From contig OZ271840.1 of NCBI GenBank assembly GCA_965601735.1, forward strand, positions 1,348,473-1,412,472: a stretch of DNA of 64,000 nt. Reading direction: 5' to 3'. The notes under the pieces are model-generated. The model ran no database searches and was not told where the DNA came from. It worked only from the letters and a program-made list of their open reading frames with translations. Source of the stretch: Alphaproteobacteria bacterium. GTDB lineage: Bacteria > Pseudomonadota > Alphaproteobacteria > JBBDQX01. A program made the position numbers and the translations under genes. Position 1 is the stretch's first letter. Each line of letters begins with the position of its first letter. Positions 29,937-40,550 of this stretch are shown here, piece after piece.

Positions 29937-30662
29937 ATGACCGACAAGGCCGATACCAAGGCGCCCGACGCCCACGATCCGGATGCCGCCATCGCCTTTC
30001 TGCGCAGCCAGTCGCTGCCCGAGGTGGTCGCGCTTGAGATCGAACGCATGATCATGGAGGGCGAACTGCCGCCCGGCGCGCGGGTCAACGAGAACGCGCT
30101 GGCGACCAAGCTGAATGTCAGCCGCGGGCCGGTGCGCGAGGCCTGCCGCAAGCTCGAACAGGCGCGCTTGCTGGAGGTCATCGTCAACCGGGGCGCCTTC
30201 GTGCGCCAGTTGACCTTCGACGAGGCATTCGAGCTCCACCACATCCGCCAAGCGCTTAACTGCGCAGGGCTGGCGCGGCTGGCGAAGCGCATCGAGCAAG
30301 ACCAGCTCGCCGACCTCGACGACCTGGTGGCGCGCATGGAAAAGGCGGCCAAGAAGGGCGATGCCGCGACCTACTACCCGCTCAACCTGGAATTCCATTC
30401 CCGCACCCTGTCGGATTCCGGCTGGACGCGGATGACCGAGCTCTATCTCGGGGTCGAGAAGGAACTGCGGCTGTTCCGCGCACGCTTTGCGGTCTCCGCG
30501 GAGGACCTGCTCAACGCGAATGCCGATCATCGCGCCATCGTCGATGCGCTGCGGGCCGGCGATGCGGAGACCGCAGCCGCCATCGGCGCGGCGCACTGGA
30601 CGCGGGTGCGCGAGCGCTGGATCGAAAAGGCTACCGCCGCCGCGTCAGCGGAATCGGACTGA
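29937..30662 (+). CDS. GntR-family (FadR/FCD subfamily) transcriptional regulator
   Basis: N-terminal wHTH (LATKLNVSRGPVREA) plus an FCD C-terminal domain. GGGAGGGGA SD. Confidence 0.85.
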   Translation: MTDKADTKAPDAHDPDAAIAFLRSQSLPEVVALEIERMIMEGELPPGARVNENALATKLNVSRGPVREACRKLEQARLLEVIVNRGAFVRQLTFDEAFELHHIRQALNCAGLARLAKRIEQDQLADLDDLVARMEKAAKKGDAATYYPLNLEFHSRTLSDSGWTRMTELYLGVEKELRLFRARFAVSAEDLLNANADHRAIVDALRAGDAETAAAIGAAHWTRVRERWIEKATAAASAESD

Positions 30663-30669
30663 GTCGGCC

Positions 30670-31158
30670 ATGCGCTGGCTGCTGGGCCGGCTCGATGCAC
30701 TGGCGGCCGCGGTCGCCGCCGCTTGCGGCGGCATTGCTGCGGCCCAGCTTCCGGCCTTCGTCCAGCAATATCGCCAGCGCCTCGGTGGCCATCTGGCGGA
30801 GGCAGAGCGGGCGCTGCGCGCCGCGGTCGAGAACACTGCCGGGCTGACCGAGGCGGCGCGCGACCAGCTTGCCGCGGTGGCCGCCGCGCGGGTCGATGTG
30901 CTGGCGCAGGCCTATGACGCACTGGGCCGCGGCGACGCCATCACCCGGCCGCTGGCCTTCCTCCGCCACGCGGACTGGGACATCGCCCGCGCCGCCTGGG
31001 CCGATTTCACACCGGCGCTGCAGGCCGATACCGCCGGCGCGGTCTACGGCTTTGCCGGGATGGTGCTGGCGTGGCTCGCCTGGGAGCTCATCAAGGCGCC
31101 ACTGCGGCCGCTACTGTTCCGGCCCCGTCCCGGCCAGATCCGCGAGAGCCGACGCTGA
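30670..31158 (+). CDS. DUF2937 family protein
   Basis: ATG 8 nt after the GntR stop. MRWLLGRLDALAAAVAAACGG...LAFLRHADWD pattern. Co-oriented with GntR. Confidence 0.55.
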   Translation: MRWLLGRLDALAAAVAAACGGIAAAQLPAFVQQYRQRLGGHLAEAERALRAAVENTAGLTEAARDQLAAVAAARVDVLAQAYDALGRGDAITRPLAFLRHADWDIARAAWADFTPALQADTAGAVYGFAGMVLAWLAWELIKAPLRPLLFRPRPGQIRESRR

Positions 31159-31159
31159 C

Positions 31160-32140
31160 TCAATCGCGTCCCACGGGCACGATCACGTCCTTGTCGCGCA
31201 ATGCCTCGCCTTTGGCGGCGCGTTCGATGTTAGCCAGCACATGGCGGCCCATGTTGAGCAGATTGTCGGCGACACTGCCGCCGGCGTGGGGCGTGATCAC
31301 CGCGGTCTCCAGCTCACGGATCGGATGCCCGGCAGGCAGCGGCTCCTCGGCGAAAACGTCGATGCCGGCGCCGGCGAGGGTGCCGTCGCGCAGCGCGGCG
31401 ATCAGGTCTTCCTCCACCGCGATCTCCCCCCGCGCCACGTTGATCAGCACCGCGCGCGGCTTCATGCGCTTGAACACCTCGGCGGTGAACAGGCCGCGCG
31501 TCTCCTCGGTCAGCGGGCAGTGCAGGGTGATGACATCGGCCCGCGCGACGATGTCGTCGAAGCTGGCGTAGGTCAGGCCGAGCTCCGCCTCGGTCTCGGC
31601 GGGCAGGCGGGTGCGTTTGGTGTAGAGGATTTCGCAGTCGAAGCCACGCACCATGCGCGCGTAGGCCGCGCCGATATTGCCGACCCCGATAATGCCGATG
31701 GTCTTGCGCATCAGGCTGCTGGCCGTGACCCGCAGCTCGTTCTTCAGCCACTCGCCCCGGCGCATTGCCCGGTCCGCCAAGGTCACCTGGCGCAGCACGC
31801 TCAGCGTCAGCGACACCGCCATCTCCGCCACCGGCTCGGCGTTGACCCCATGGGTGACCGCAAGGCCGATGCCGGTGCGCTTGCAGGCGTCAACGTCGAT
31901 CAGGTCGATGCCGATGCCCCAGCGGTGGATCATGCGCATCCGCTCCGCACCCTCGATCATGCGGGTGGTCACCGGGTTGCTCGACACCACCGCGTAGTCG
32001 GCGTCGAGCATCATCTCAGCGTGCTCATCCTCGTCGCGGGTCTTCGAGAACACCATTTCGAAGCCGTCGGGCACCAGCGCCTGGAGCTGTTCCTGCACGT
32101 CCGGGACGTGGGGTTCGAGATAGACGATACGCTGTGTCAT
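31160..32140 (-). CDS. D-isomer-specific 2-hydroxyacid dehydrogenase (NAD-binding)
   Basis: GxGxxG (GIIGVGNIG) and the catalytic R/E/H triad region (NVARG...HPHAGG). Confidence 0.85.
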   Translation of the reverse strand: MTQRIVYLEPHVPDVQEQLQALVPDGFEMVFSKTRDEDEHAEMMLDADYAVVSSNPVTTRMIEGAERMRMIHRWGIGIDLIDVDACKRTGIGLAVTHGVNAEPVAEMAVSLTLSVLRQVTLADRAMRRGEWLKNELRVTASSLMRKTIGIIGVGNIGAAYARMVRGFDCEILYTKRTRLPAETEAELGLTYASFDDIVARADVITLHCPLTEETRGLFTAEVFKRMKPRAVLINVARGEIAVEEDLIAALRDGTLAGAGIDVFAEEPLPAGHPIRELETAVITPHAGGSVADNLLNMGRHVLANIERAAKGEALRDKDVIVPVGRD

Positions 32141-32171
32141 GGCGGGGGCCTCCAGGTTGTTTGATTGCAGT

Positions 32172-32771
32172 CTAGTCCGGCGCGCCGCCGCGTGCCTCGA
32201 TCGCGTCGCCCATGTCGCGGGCCAGGCGCAGGCTGCCGATAAGGAACGGCAGCAGCAGCGCCAGAACGCTGCGCTCCAGTCCCCGCGCGCGCTGCGCCTC
32301 GCGCACCCGCTCCAGCTCCGCGGTCAATAGCGGCACCAGCCGCACCGCCAGCGACAGCACCAGGGCCGCGCGCGCCGGGCTGAGCCCGAAGAGGCGCAGC
32401 GGCGCCAGCGCGCGTTCCAGGCAATCCATCATGTCGCTGAGCCGGGTCGTGAGCGTCACCAGGGTGGCCAGAAGCACCAGGATGGCGATGCGGAGCAGCA
32501 CCACCGCGCCTGCCTCCCAGCCGTTCACCAGACCGTGGAACACGCCGATGGCGGCCAGCAGCACCAGGGCGGGACGCAACGCCCGCCAGGTCTGCGCCAG
32601 CGGCAGGCCGGCGGCCGCGAACAGCGCCAGCACCCCCAGGGCCGCGAGCGCGAGCGGTGCCGCGCCGCTGAGCCAGAACAGCCCGGCGGCGGCCGCCGGC
32701 AGCGCCGCCAGCTTCGCCGCCGCCGGCATCCGGTGCAGCAGCGAGGCGCCGGGGATGTAGAGCGCCATCAT
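32172..32771 (-). CDS. ECF transporter transmembrane (T) component, CbiQ/EcfT/BioN-like
   Basis: 5 TM helices and the C-terminal ARG motif region (AIEARG). The ATGA overlap with the upstream ATPase gene implies translational coupling. Confidence 0.75.
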   Translation of the reverse strand: MMALYIPGASLLHRMPAAAKLAALPAAAAGLFWLSGAAPLALAALGVLALFAAAGLPLAQTWRALRPALVLLAAIGVFHGLVNGWEAGAVVLLRIAILVLLATLVTLTTRLSDMMDCLERALAPLRLFGLSPARAALVLSLAVRLVPLLTAELERVREAQRARGLERSVLALLLPFLIGSLRLARDMGDAIEARGGAPD

Positions 32772-33445
32772 CGGTCCATCAGCTCCCGGTAGGCAGCGAC
32801 CGCCGCGTCCGGCGCCGCGTCCGCGACCAGCCGGCCCCCGTCGAACACCAGGACCCGGTCGAAGTCCCCGATCATGTCCAGGTCGTGGGTCACCAGCACC
32901 AGCCGCTGGTTAAGTCCGTCCAAGAAGCCCGCCACCCGGCGCTTGTTGCGCAGGTCGAGCAGGGTCATCGGTTCGTCCAGCACCAGCCAGTCGGGCTCGG
33001 TAACCAGCACGCCGGCCAGCGCCAGCATCTGCTTCTCGCCGCCGCTCAGAAGGTGGGCGGCGCGCTGGCGCAGCGGCTCCAGCCCGGTGCGTGCGAGGAT
33101 GGCGTCGACACGCCGCGCGCTCTCCGCCTTGCCGAGTTTCAGCGGCCGCAGGCCGAAGGCCACATCCTCCTCCACCGTCGGGCAGACGATCTGATGCTCC
33201 GGGTTCTGGAACAGGAAGCCGACCCGCCGGCGCACCGCCGCGCCGTCCTTATGCGTATCCAGCCCGTCGACGGAAACCCGGCCCGTGCTGGGCAGCACCA
33301 GACCGTTGAGCAGGCGCGCGAAGGTGCTCTTGCCCGAGCCGTTGGCGCCGATCACCGCGACCCGGCGATCGTCGATGCGCAGGTTGAGCCCGCTGAGCAC
33401 GGCGGTTTCGCCATAGCGGCGCTGCACGTCATGGAGTTCGATCAT
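32768..33445 (-). CDS. ECF transporter ATPase (A) component, CbiO/EcfA/BioM-like
   Basis: Walker A GANGSGKST, signature LSGGEKQ, Walker B LVLDEP. ATG at 33445 verified. Confidence 0.85.
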   Translation of the reverse strand: MIELHDVQRRYGETAVLSGLNLRIDDRRVAVIGANGSGKSTFARLLNGLVLPSTGRVSVDGLDTHKDGAAVRRRVGFLFQNPEHQIVCPTVEEDVAFGLRPLKLGKAESARRVDAILARTGLEPLRQRAAHLLSGGEKQMLALAGVLVTEPDWLVLDEPMTLLDLRNKRRVAGFLDGLNQRLVLVTHDLDMIGDFDRVLVFDGGRLVADAAPDAAVAAYRELMDR

Positions 33446-33534
33446 GGCCGGCTTCGCGGGCGGGGAGGTGATTCGGACAGGCGGATGCACTACACAAGGC
33501 CCCCCTACATAGCAGCTTCCGCCCCCTTGGAGGG

Positions 33535-34101
33535 ATGCCGCCCGTGCCCACCCGCGACCTTGTCCGGATCGCCCTGTTCGCCGCCATCGTCGCCGCGCTC
33601 GGCCTGCTGCCCGCGCTGGCGGTGCCGGTGCTGCCAGTGCCGGTCACGGCACAGACCCTCGGCGTCATGCTGGCCGGGTCGATCCTGGGCGCAAAGCGGG
33701 GCGCGGCGGCGCTGCTCGCCTTCCTGGCGCTGGTCGCCGTGGGCCTGCCGGTGCTGGCGGGCGGGCGCGGCGGGCTTGGCATCTTCGCCGGGCCGTCCGC
33801 CGGGTTCATCCTGTCCTGGCCGATCGCGGCGGCGACCGTCGGCTGGCTCACCGAGCGCTGGTGGCACAGCTACGACTACAAGCGCGCCCTGGCCGCCAAC
33901 CTGATCGGCGGGATTGGCGTGGTCTACCTGTGCGGCATCCCGTGGCTGGCGGCGGTCGCCGACCTGAGCCTGTGGGCGGCGGCTGCCGGCGCCGCCGCGT
34001 TCGTGCCGGGCGATGTGGCCAAGGCGTTGATCGCGGCCGCCGCTGCGGTCGCCGTGCGGCGCAGCTTCCCGGTCATCGAGGATCCGGGTGAGCGTCGCTG
34101 A
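33535..34101 (+). CDS. bioY: biotin transporter BioY (ECF S component)
   Basis: BioY family pattern (PVPVTAQTLGVMLAGSILG...). Divergent from ecfAT. Confidence 0.85.
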   Translation: MPPVPTRDLVRIALFAAIVAALGLLPALAVPVLPVPVTAQTLGVMLAGSILGAKRGAAALLAFLALVAVGLPVLAGGRGGLGIFAGPSAGFILSWPIAAATVGWLTERWWHSYDYKRALAANLIGGIGVVYLCGIPWLAAVADLSLWAAAAGAAAFVPGDVAKALIAAAAAVAVRRSFPVIEDPGERR

Positions 34102-35425
34102 CGGCCTTTGGGCGGGCGACCCCGCGGTCTGCATCGGGGAGACCCGCACCGCCGGCGACGCCCTGCGCGCCATGGCCGAGCCTATTGCCCGTTGCGTGGC
34201 GGCGCTGCCAAGCGAGGCGCCCGTGGTCCGGGTCCAAGCGGACAATCGGCTCGAGACCCTGGCCGCGCTCTACGGCATCTGGCGCGGCGGCGGGGTCGCA
34301 GCACTGGCCGATCCCGCCTGGCCCCCGGCGCTCGCGGACCGGGCGGGGGCTTTGCTGGGTTCCGGAACATGGGATGCCGGCGCCTTGCCCGTTGCTGAAG
34401 CCGCGCTGCCGCCCGTGGCTGGCGAGGCGCCCTTCCTGATCGGCTTTACCTCCGGCAGCACCGGCGCGCCGCGCGCCTGGCGGCGGTGTCACCGGTCCTG
34501 GACCGCGTTCTTCGGTCCCGCCCGTACTGCGTTCGATCTGGACGCGGACAGCCGGGTGCTGGCGCCGGGATCCCTGGCCACCACGCTGACGCTGTTTCCC
34601 ATCGTGCTGGCGCTGGACAGCGGGGCGGAGGCGCGGCTCCTGCCGTACTTCGAAGCGGACGCCTGCCGCGCGGCGGCGAAGGACGCCACCCACCTGTTCG
34701 CGGTGCCAACCGTGCTGCACCGGCTTGCCGACGGACCGCCGCTGCCGGACCTGCGCCGGGTGGTGAGCGCCGGGGCGAAGCTCGATCCGGGGCTGCGCGC
34801 GCGCCTCGCGGCGACGTTCCCCAATGCGCGGGTGGTCGAGTATTACGGCGCATCCGAACTGGGCTTTGTCAGCATCGCCGGACCGGACGCGCCGCCCGAC
34901 AGTGTCGGCCGCCCGTTTCCCGGCGTCGATGTGGCGGTTTCCGAGGACGGTGAAATCCGCATCCGCAGCGTTGGGGTGATCGACCGGCTGATCGGCGGCG
35001 ATGGGGACAGCGGCTTCCGCACCGACCCGGACGGCTGGGCCACGGTGGGCGATATGGGCCGCCTCGACGAAGATGGTTTCCTTCATATCGACGGGCGCGC
35101 CGGGGAGATGATCCTGTCCGGCGGCATCAACGTCTATCCGGCGGAGGTGGAGGCGGCACTGCTCAGCATCGGCGGCGTCGCCGGGGCCGCCGTGTTCGGC
35201 CTGCCGGACCCGGAATGGGGCACGGCGGTCTGCGCCGCGCTGGTGTGGAATGGCGATGCGCCGCCGGACCGGACCGCGATCCGAGACGCCTGCGCCACTG
35301 TGCTGCCCCGCGCCAAATGTCCGCGCCGGCTGTTCCGCACCGCCTCCCTGCCGCTCACCGGATCGGGCAAGATCGCCCGGTCGGCCCTGCGCGACGGGGC
35401 GGACCGGCTGGAGGAAGTGACATGA
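34088..35425 (+). CDS. ANL-superfamily adenylate-forming ligase (acyl-CoA synthetase-like, short form)
   Basis: A3 TSGSTGAPR, A5 YGASE, A8 SGGINVYPAEVE, A10 LTGSGKIAR. The GTG start at 34088 overlaps the bioY stop; an alternative ATG lies at 34175. Confidence 0.75.
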   Translation: MSVADGLWAGDPAVCIGETRTAGDALRAMAEPIARCVAALPSEAPVVRVQADNRLETLAALYGIWRGGGVAALADPAWPPALADRAGALLGSGTWDAGALPVAEAALPPVAGEAPFLIGFTSGSTGAPRAWRRCHRSWTAFFGPARTAFDLDADSRVLAPGSLATTLTLFPIVLALDSGAEARLLPYFEADACRAAAKDATHLFAVPTVLHRLADGPPLPDLRRVVSAGAKLDPGLRARLAATFPNARVVEYYGASELGFVSIAGPDAPPDSVGRPFPGVDVAVSEDGEIRIRSVGVIDRLIGGDGDSGFRTDPDGWATVGDMGRLDEDGFLHIDGRAGEMILSGGINVYPAEVEAALLSIGGVAGAAVFGLPDPEWGTAVCAALVWNGDAPPDRTAIRDACATVLPRAKCPRRLFRTASLPLTGSGKIARSALRDGADRLEEVT

Positions 35426-36552
35426 CCCGCGCGGTGATCGCGGCGGCGCGCCGCACCCCCATCGGCCGCATCGGCGGCGCGCTGGCGGCGCTGCCGGTGG
35501 AGGATCTGGCCGCGCCGCTGATCGGGGCGCTGCTGGCCGATGCGGGCCTCGATGGCGGCGATATCGACGACGTGATCCTCGGCAACGCGGCGGGCCCGGG
35601 CGGCAACCCAGCGCGGGTCGCGGCGCTCGCCGCCGGGCTGCCCCTGTCCGTGCCGGGCGTCACCGTCGATCGGCAATGCGGCTCTGGGCTGGAGGCGGTG
35701 GTGCAGGCGGCGCGGCTGGTGCAGGCCGGCGCGGGCGATGCCTACATCGCCGGCGGCGTCGAAAGCCCCAGCACCGCGCCGGTGCGCACTGCGCCGGATG
35801 GCACGCCTATGCCCCGCGCCCGCTTTTCCCCCGACAGCATCGGCGACCCGGAGATGGGGCAGGCGGCGGAAGCCGTGGCGCGGCATTACGGCATCAGCCG
35901 GGCGCGCCAGGACGCCTTCGCGCTGGCCAGTCATCAGAAGGCGGTGGCGGCCCAGGCCGCCGGCCGTTTCACCGCCGAGATCGTGCCTGTCGCCGGAATC
36001 GACGCGGACGAATGCCCGCGTGCGGACACCAGTCTCGATGCCCTCGCCAAGCTCCCCCCTGTGTTCGCTGCCGATGGCACGGTGACCGCGGGCAACGCCT
36101 GCCCGATCAATGATGGCGCGGCGGCGGTCCTGGTGCTGTCCGAGGACCGGTTCCGGGCCCTCGGCCTCGACGGCGGGCTCGCCTTCGAGGATGCGGCGGC
36201 GGCCGGGGTGGACCCGAACCTGCTCGGCATCGGGCCGGTGGCGGCGGCGCGGCGATTGTGCGCGCGGCGTCCGGACCTGGACCCGGCCCGCGCGGACCTG
36301 GTCGAGTTCAACGAGGCGTTCGCCGCTCAGGCGCTGGCCTGTCTGGATGAGCTGGCAGTGCCGCCGGACCGCACCAACGTGGGCGGTGGCGCGCTGGCGC
36401 TGGGTCATCCGTGGGGCGCGTCGGGGGCAGTACTGGTCTGCCGCCTGTTCAGCGAGATCGCCGGCGGCCACAGCCCCGGCGCAGGCAGCGGCCAGGCGCT
36501 GATCGGCATCGGCGGCGGCATCGGCATCGCCGCGGCGTTTACGCGGGTCTAG
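35422..36552 (+). CDS. thiolase-like protein (acetyl-CoA C-acyltransferase fold) lacking the second catalytic cysteine
   Basis: Nucleophile motif VDRQCGSGLEAV, NEAF and GHPWGASG are present. The canonical C-terminal CIGGG motif reads GIGGG. ATG at 35422 overlaps the ligase stop (ATGA). GGAGGAA SD. Confidence 0.8.
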   Translation: MTRAVIAAARRTPIGRIGGALAALPVEDLAAPLIGALLADAGLDGGDIDDVILGNAAGPGGNPARVAALAAGLPLSVPGVTVDRQCGSGLEAVVQAARLVQAGAGDAYIAGGVESPSTAPVRTAPDGTPMPRARFSPDSIGDPEMGQAAEAVARHYGISRARQDAFALASHQKAVAAQAAGRFTAEIVPVAGIDADECPRADTSLDALAKLPPVFAADGTVTAGNACPINDGAAAVLVLSEDRFRALGLDGGLAFEDAAAAGVDPNLLGIGPVAAARRLCARRPDLDPARADLVEFNEAFAAQALACLDELAVPPDRTNVGGGALALGHPWGASGAVLVCRLFSEIAGGHSPGAGSGQALIGIGGGIGIAAAFTRV

Positions 36553-37505
36553 CCCGGGTTCGGCAGCACCAGCACCTTGCCGCCACGCTGCGCCTGCGCG
36601 GCGTGGGCGACGGCCTCGGCCACGTTCTCCAGGGAATAGGCGGCGGCGACGGGGGCGCGCAGGGTGCTGTTGGCAACCAGTTCGGCGAGGCTGGAAAACA
36701 GGTCTGCGCGCGCCGCCCGGTCCATGGCCTTGAGGGTTTTCTGCAGCCAGAAGCCGCGCAGGGTGACCCCGTTGAAGATCAGTGCGCGGGACGAGATCGC
36801 CGACGGCTCGCCCGATGCCGCGCCGTAATTCACCAGCAGCCCGCCGGGGCCGAGGCAATTGGCCATGCGCCGGGTCGCGTCCCCGGCGACGCCGTCGAGA
36901 CCCAGGCGGATGTCCGCGCCGCCGGTCGCCGCCGCCAGCCGCTTGGGGAGGCCCGGCCCGTCGGCCAGCACCACGTCTGCATCGTCTATCGCCGCGATGT
37001 CGGAGTCGCGCCGGGTGAGGTCGATCATGCACAGGCCACGATGGCGCGCCAGCTGCCGGGCATAGGCAGCGAGCGCCGAGGTCGCGGCGTTCTGGATCAC
37101 CCAGTCGCCGGGCGACAGGTCGGCCAGGTCGAGCATCAGCGCCGCCGTCGCCGGGTTGACCGCCAGCATCGCCAGCTGCTGCGGGTCGCCCTCGGGCAGC
37201 GGCAGCAGGTCGCCGCGGGGCAGGGCGTGGACTTCCTGCCACATGCCGGGTCCGGGCGGCAGCAGCACCAGCGTGCCGGCGTCGGGGCCGTCGAGGATGC
37301 GGCCCACGCCCTCGCTGCCGCCGATGGCGGGCAGGTCGGGCAGGGCACCGTAGCGGCCCTCGATGGTCAGCAGGTCAGACGGATTGACCGGCGAGGCCAG
37401 CACCGCGACCCTCACCGCGCCGGGGCTGGCTTCCGGGTCGGGGATATCGGCGGGGGCGAGGACCGCCGCCGGGTCGCCATGGGCGGCATAACGGGCGGCG
37501 CGCAT
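36549..37505 (-). CDS. MDR-family NAD(P)H oxidoreductase (quinone oxidoreductase / 2-enoyl thioester reductase-like)
   Basis: MRAARYAAHGDP... N-terminus. GroES-like plus Rossmann domains of zinc-independent MDRs. ATG at 37505 verified. Confidence 0.75.
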   Translation of the reverse strand: MRAARYAAHGDPAAVLAPADIPDPEASPGAVRVAVLASPVNPSDLLTIEGRYGALPDLPAIGGSEGVGRILDGPDAGTLVLLPPGPGMWQEVHALPRGDLLPLPEGDPQQLAMLAVNPATAALMLDLADLSPGDWVIQNAATSALAAYARQLARHRGLCMIDLTRRDSDIAAIDDADVVLADGPGLPKRLAAATGGADIRLGLDGVAGDATRRMANCLGPGGLLVNYGAASGEPSAISSRALIFNGVTLRGFWLQKTLKAMDRAARADLFSSLAELVANSTLRAPVAAAYSLENVAEAVAHAAQAQRGGKVLVLPNPG

Positions 37506-37508
37506 GGC

Positions 37509-37784
37509 CTAGGGCCGGGCGCGGCCGAGCACCTGCATCAGCTCGGCAATCTTCTGGCGCTGTTCGTCGGCGTCGCCGCTCTGGATCGCGTGTTCGACGC
37601 ACTGGCCAACATGGTCCTTAAGGACCTCGTCCTCGACCTTCTGCAGGGCGGCGCGGGCGGCCTGCACCTGGGTCACCACGTCGATGCAGTAGCGCCCGTC
37701 CTCGATCATCCGGGCGATGCCGCGCACCTGTCCCTCGACCCGCTTGAGCCGCGACAGGCAGGATTTGCTGGTTGCCTCTTGCAT
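37509..37784 (-). CDS. csoR: CsoR/RcnR-family metal-sensing transcriptional repressor
   Basis: 91 aa: ...RYCIDVVTQVQAARAALQKV...HVGQCV carries the C-H-C metal ligands typical of CsoR. Divergent from copA. Confidence 0.8.
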   Translation of the reverse strand: MQEATSKSCLSRLKRVEGQVRGIARMIEDGRYCIDVVTQVQAARAALQKVEDEVLKDHVGQCVEHAIQSGDADEQRQKIAELMQVLGRARP

Positions 37785-37793
37785 GACGATACC

Positions 37794-37810
37794 ATACCCT
37801 CCCAGGGTAT
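37794..37810. promoter_or_regulatory. perfect 7-3-7 inverted repeat ATACCCT-CCC-AGGGTAT (candidate CsoR operator) in the csoR/copA spacer
   Basis: Read directly from the sequence. Sits in the 38-bp divergent intergenic region. The TACCC...GGGTA core resembles known CsoR operators. Confidence 0.5.
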
Positions 37811-37822
37811 ATTGAGCAAGGA

Positions 37823-40023
<2,201 letters not shown>

Positions 40024-40027
<4 letters not shown>

Positions 40028-40539
40028 ACAACCGGGGCTTCATCGTCGTGGTCGTTGCCGCCATCGCGCTGCTGCTTGGCGGGGCAGGCTATCTCGCCTT
40101 CTTCACCGGCGGGCCGTCGCACGACCACGGGCCTGCCGCTGCGCCCGCGGGGGGCGGTTCGGGCGGGGTCTCGCAGGCAGACCCCGACGACGCCGTGCTG
40201 GTGGCGCTGGGGCGCCGGGTCTATGCCCAGCAATGCGCCGTGTGCCATGGGGCCAACCTGGAGGGCCAGCCCAACTGGCGGGTGCGGCTGGCCGACGGCA
40301 CCCTGCCCGCGCCGCCGCACGATCCGTCCGGCCATACCTGGCACCATGACGACAAGCTGCTGTTCGACTACACCAAGTTCGGGGGCCAGGCCCTGATCGG
40401 CAGTAACGGCAAGAGTGCCATGCCCGGCTTCGGCAGCGTGCTGAGCGATCGCGAGATCTGGGCGGTCATTGCCTTCATCAAGAGTAGCTGGCCGGCGGAT
40501 ATCCGCCGCATGCAGGCGCGGCACAACGCTGCCCGATAA
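40024..40539 (+). CDS. membrane-anchored mono-haem c-type cytochrome
   Basis: N-terminal TM anchor and a single CAVCH haem-binding motif. ATGA overlap with the copA stop. Confidence 0.7.
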
Positions 40540-40550
40540 CGGAGAAGACC

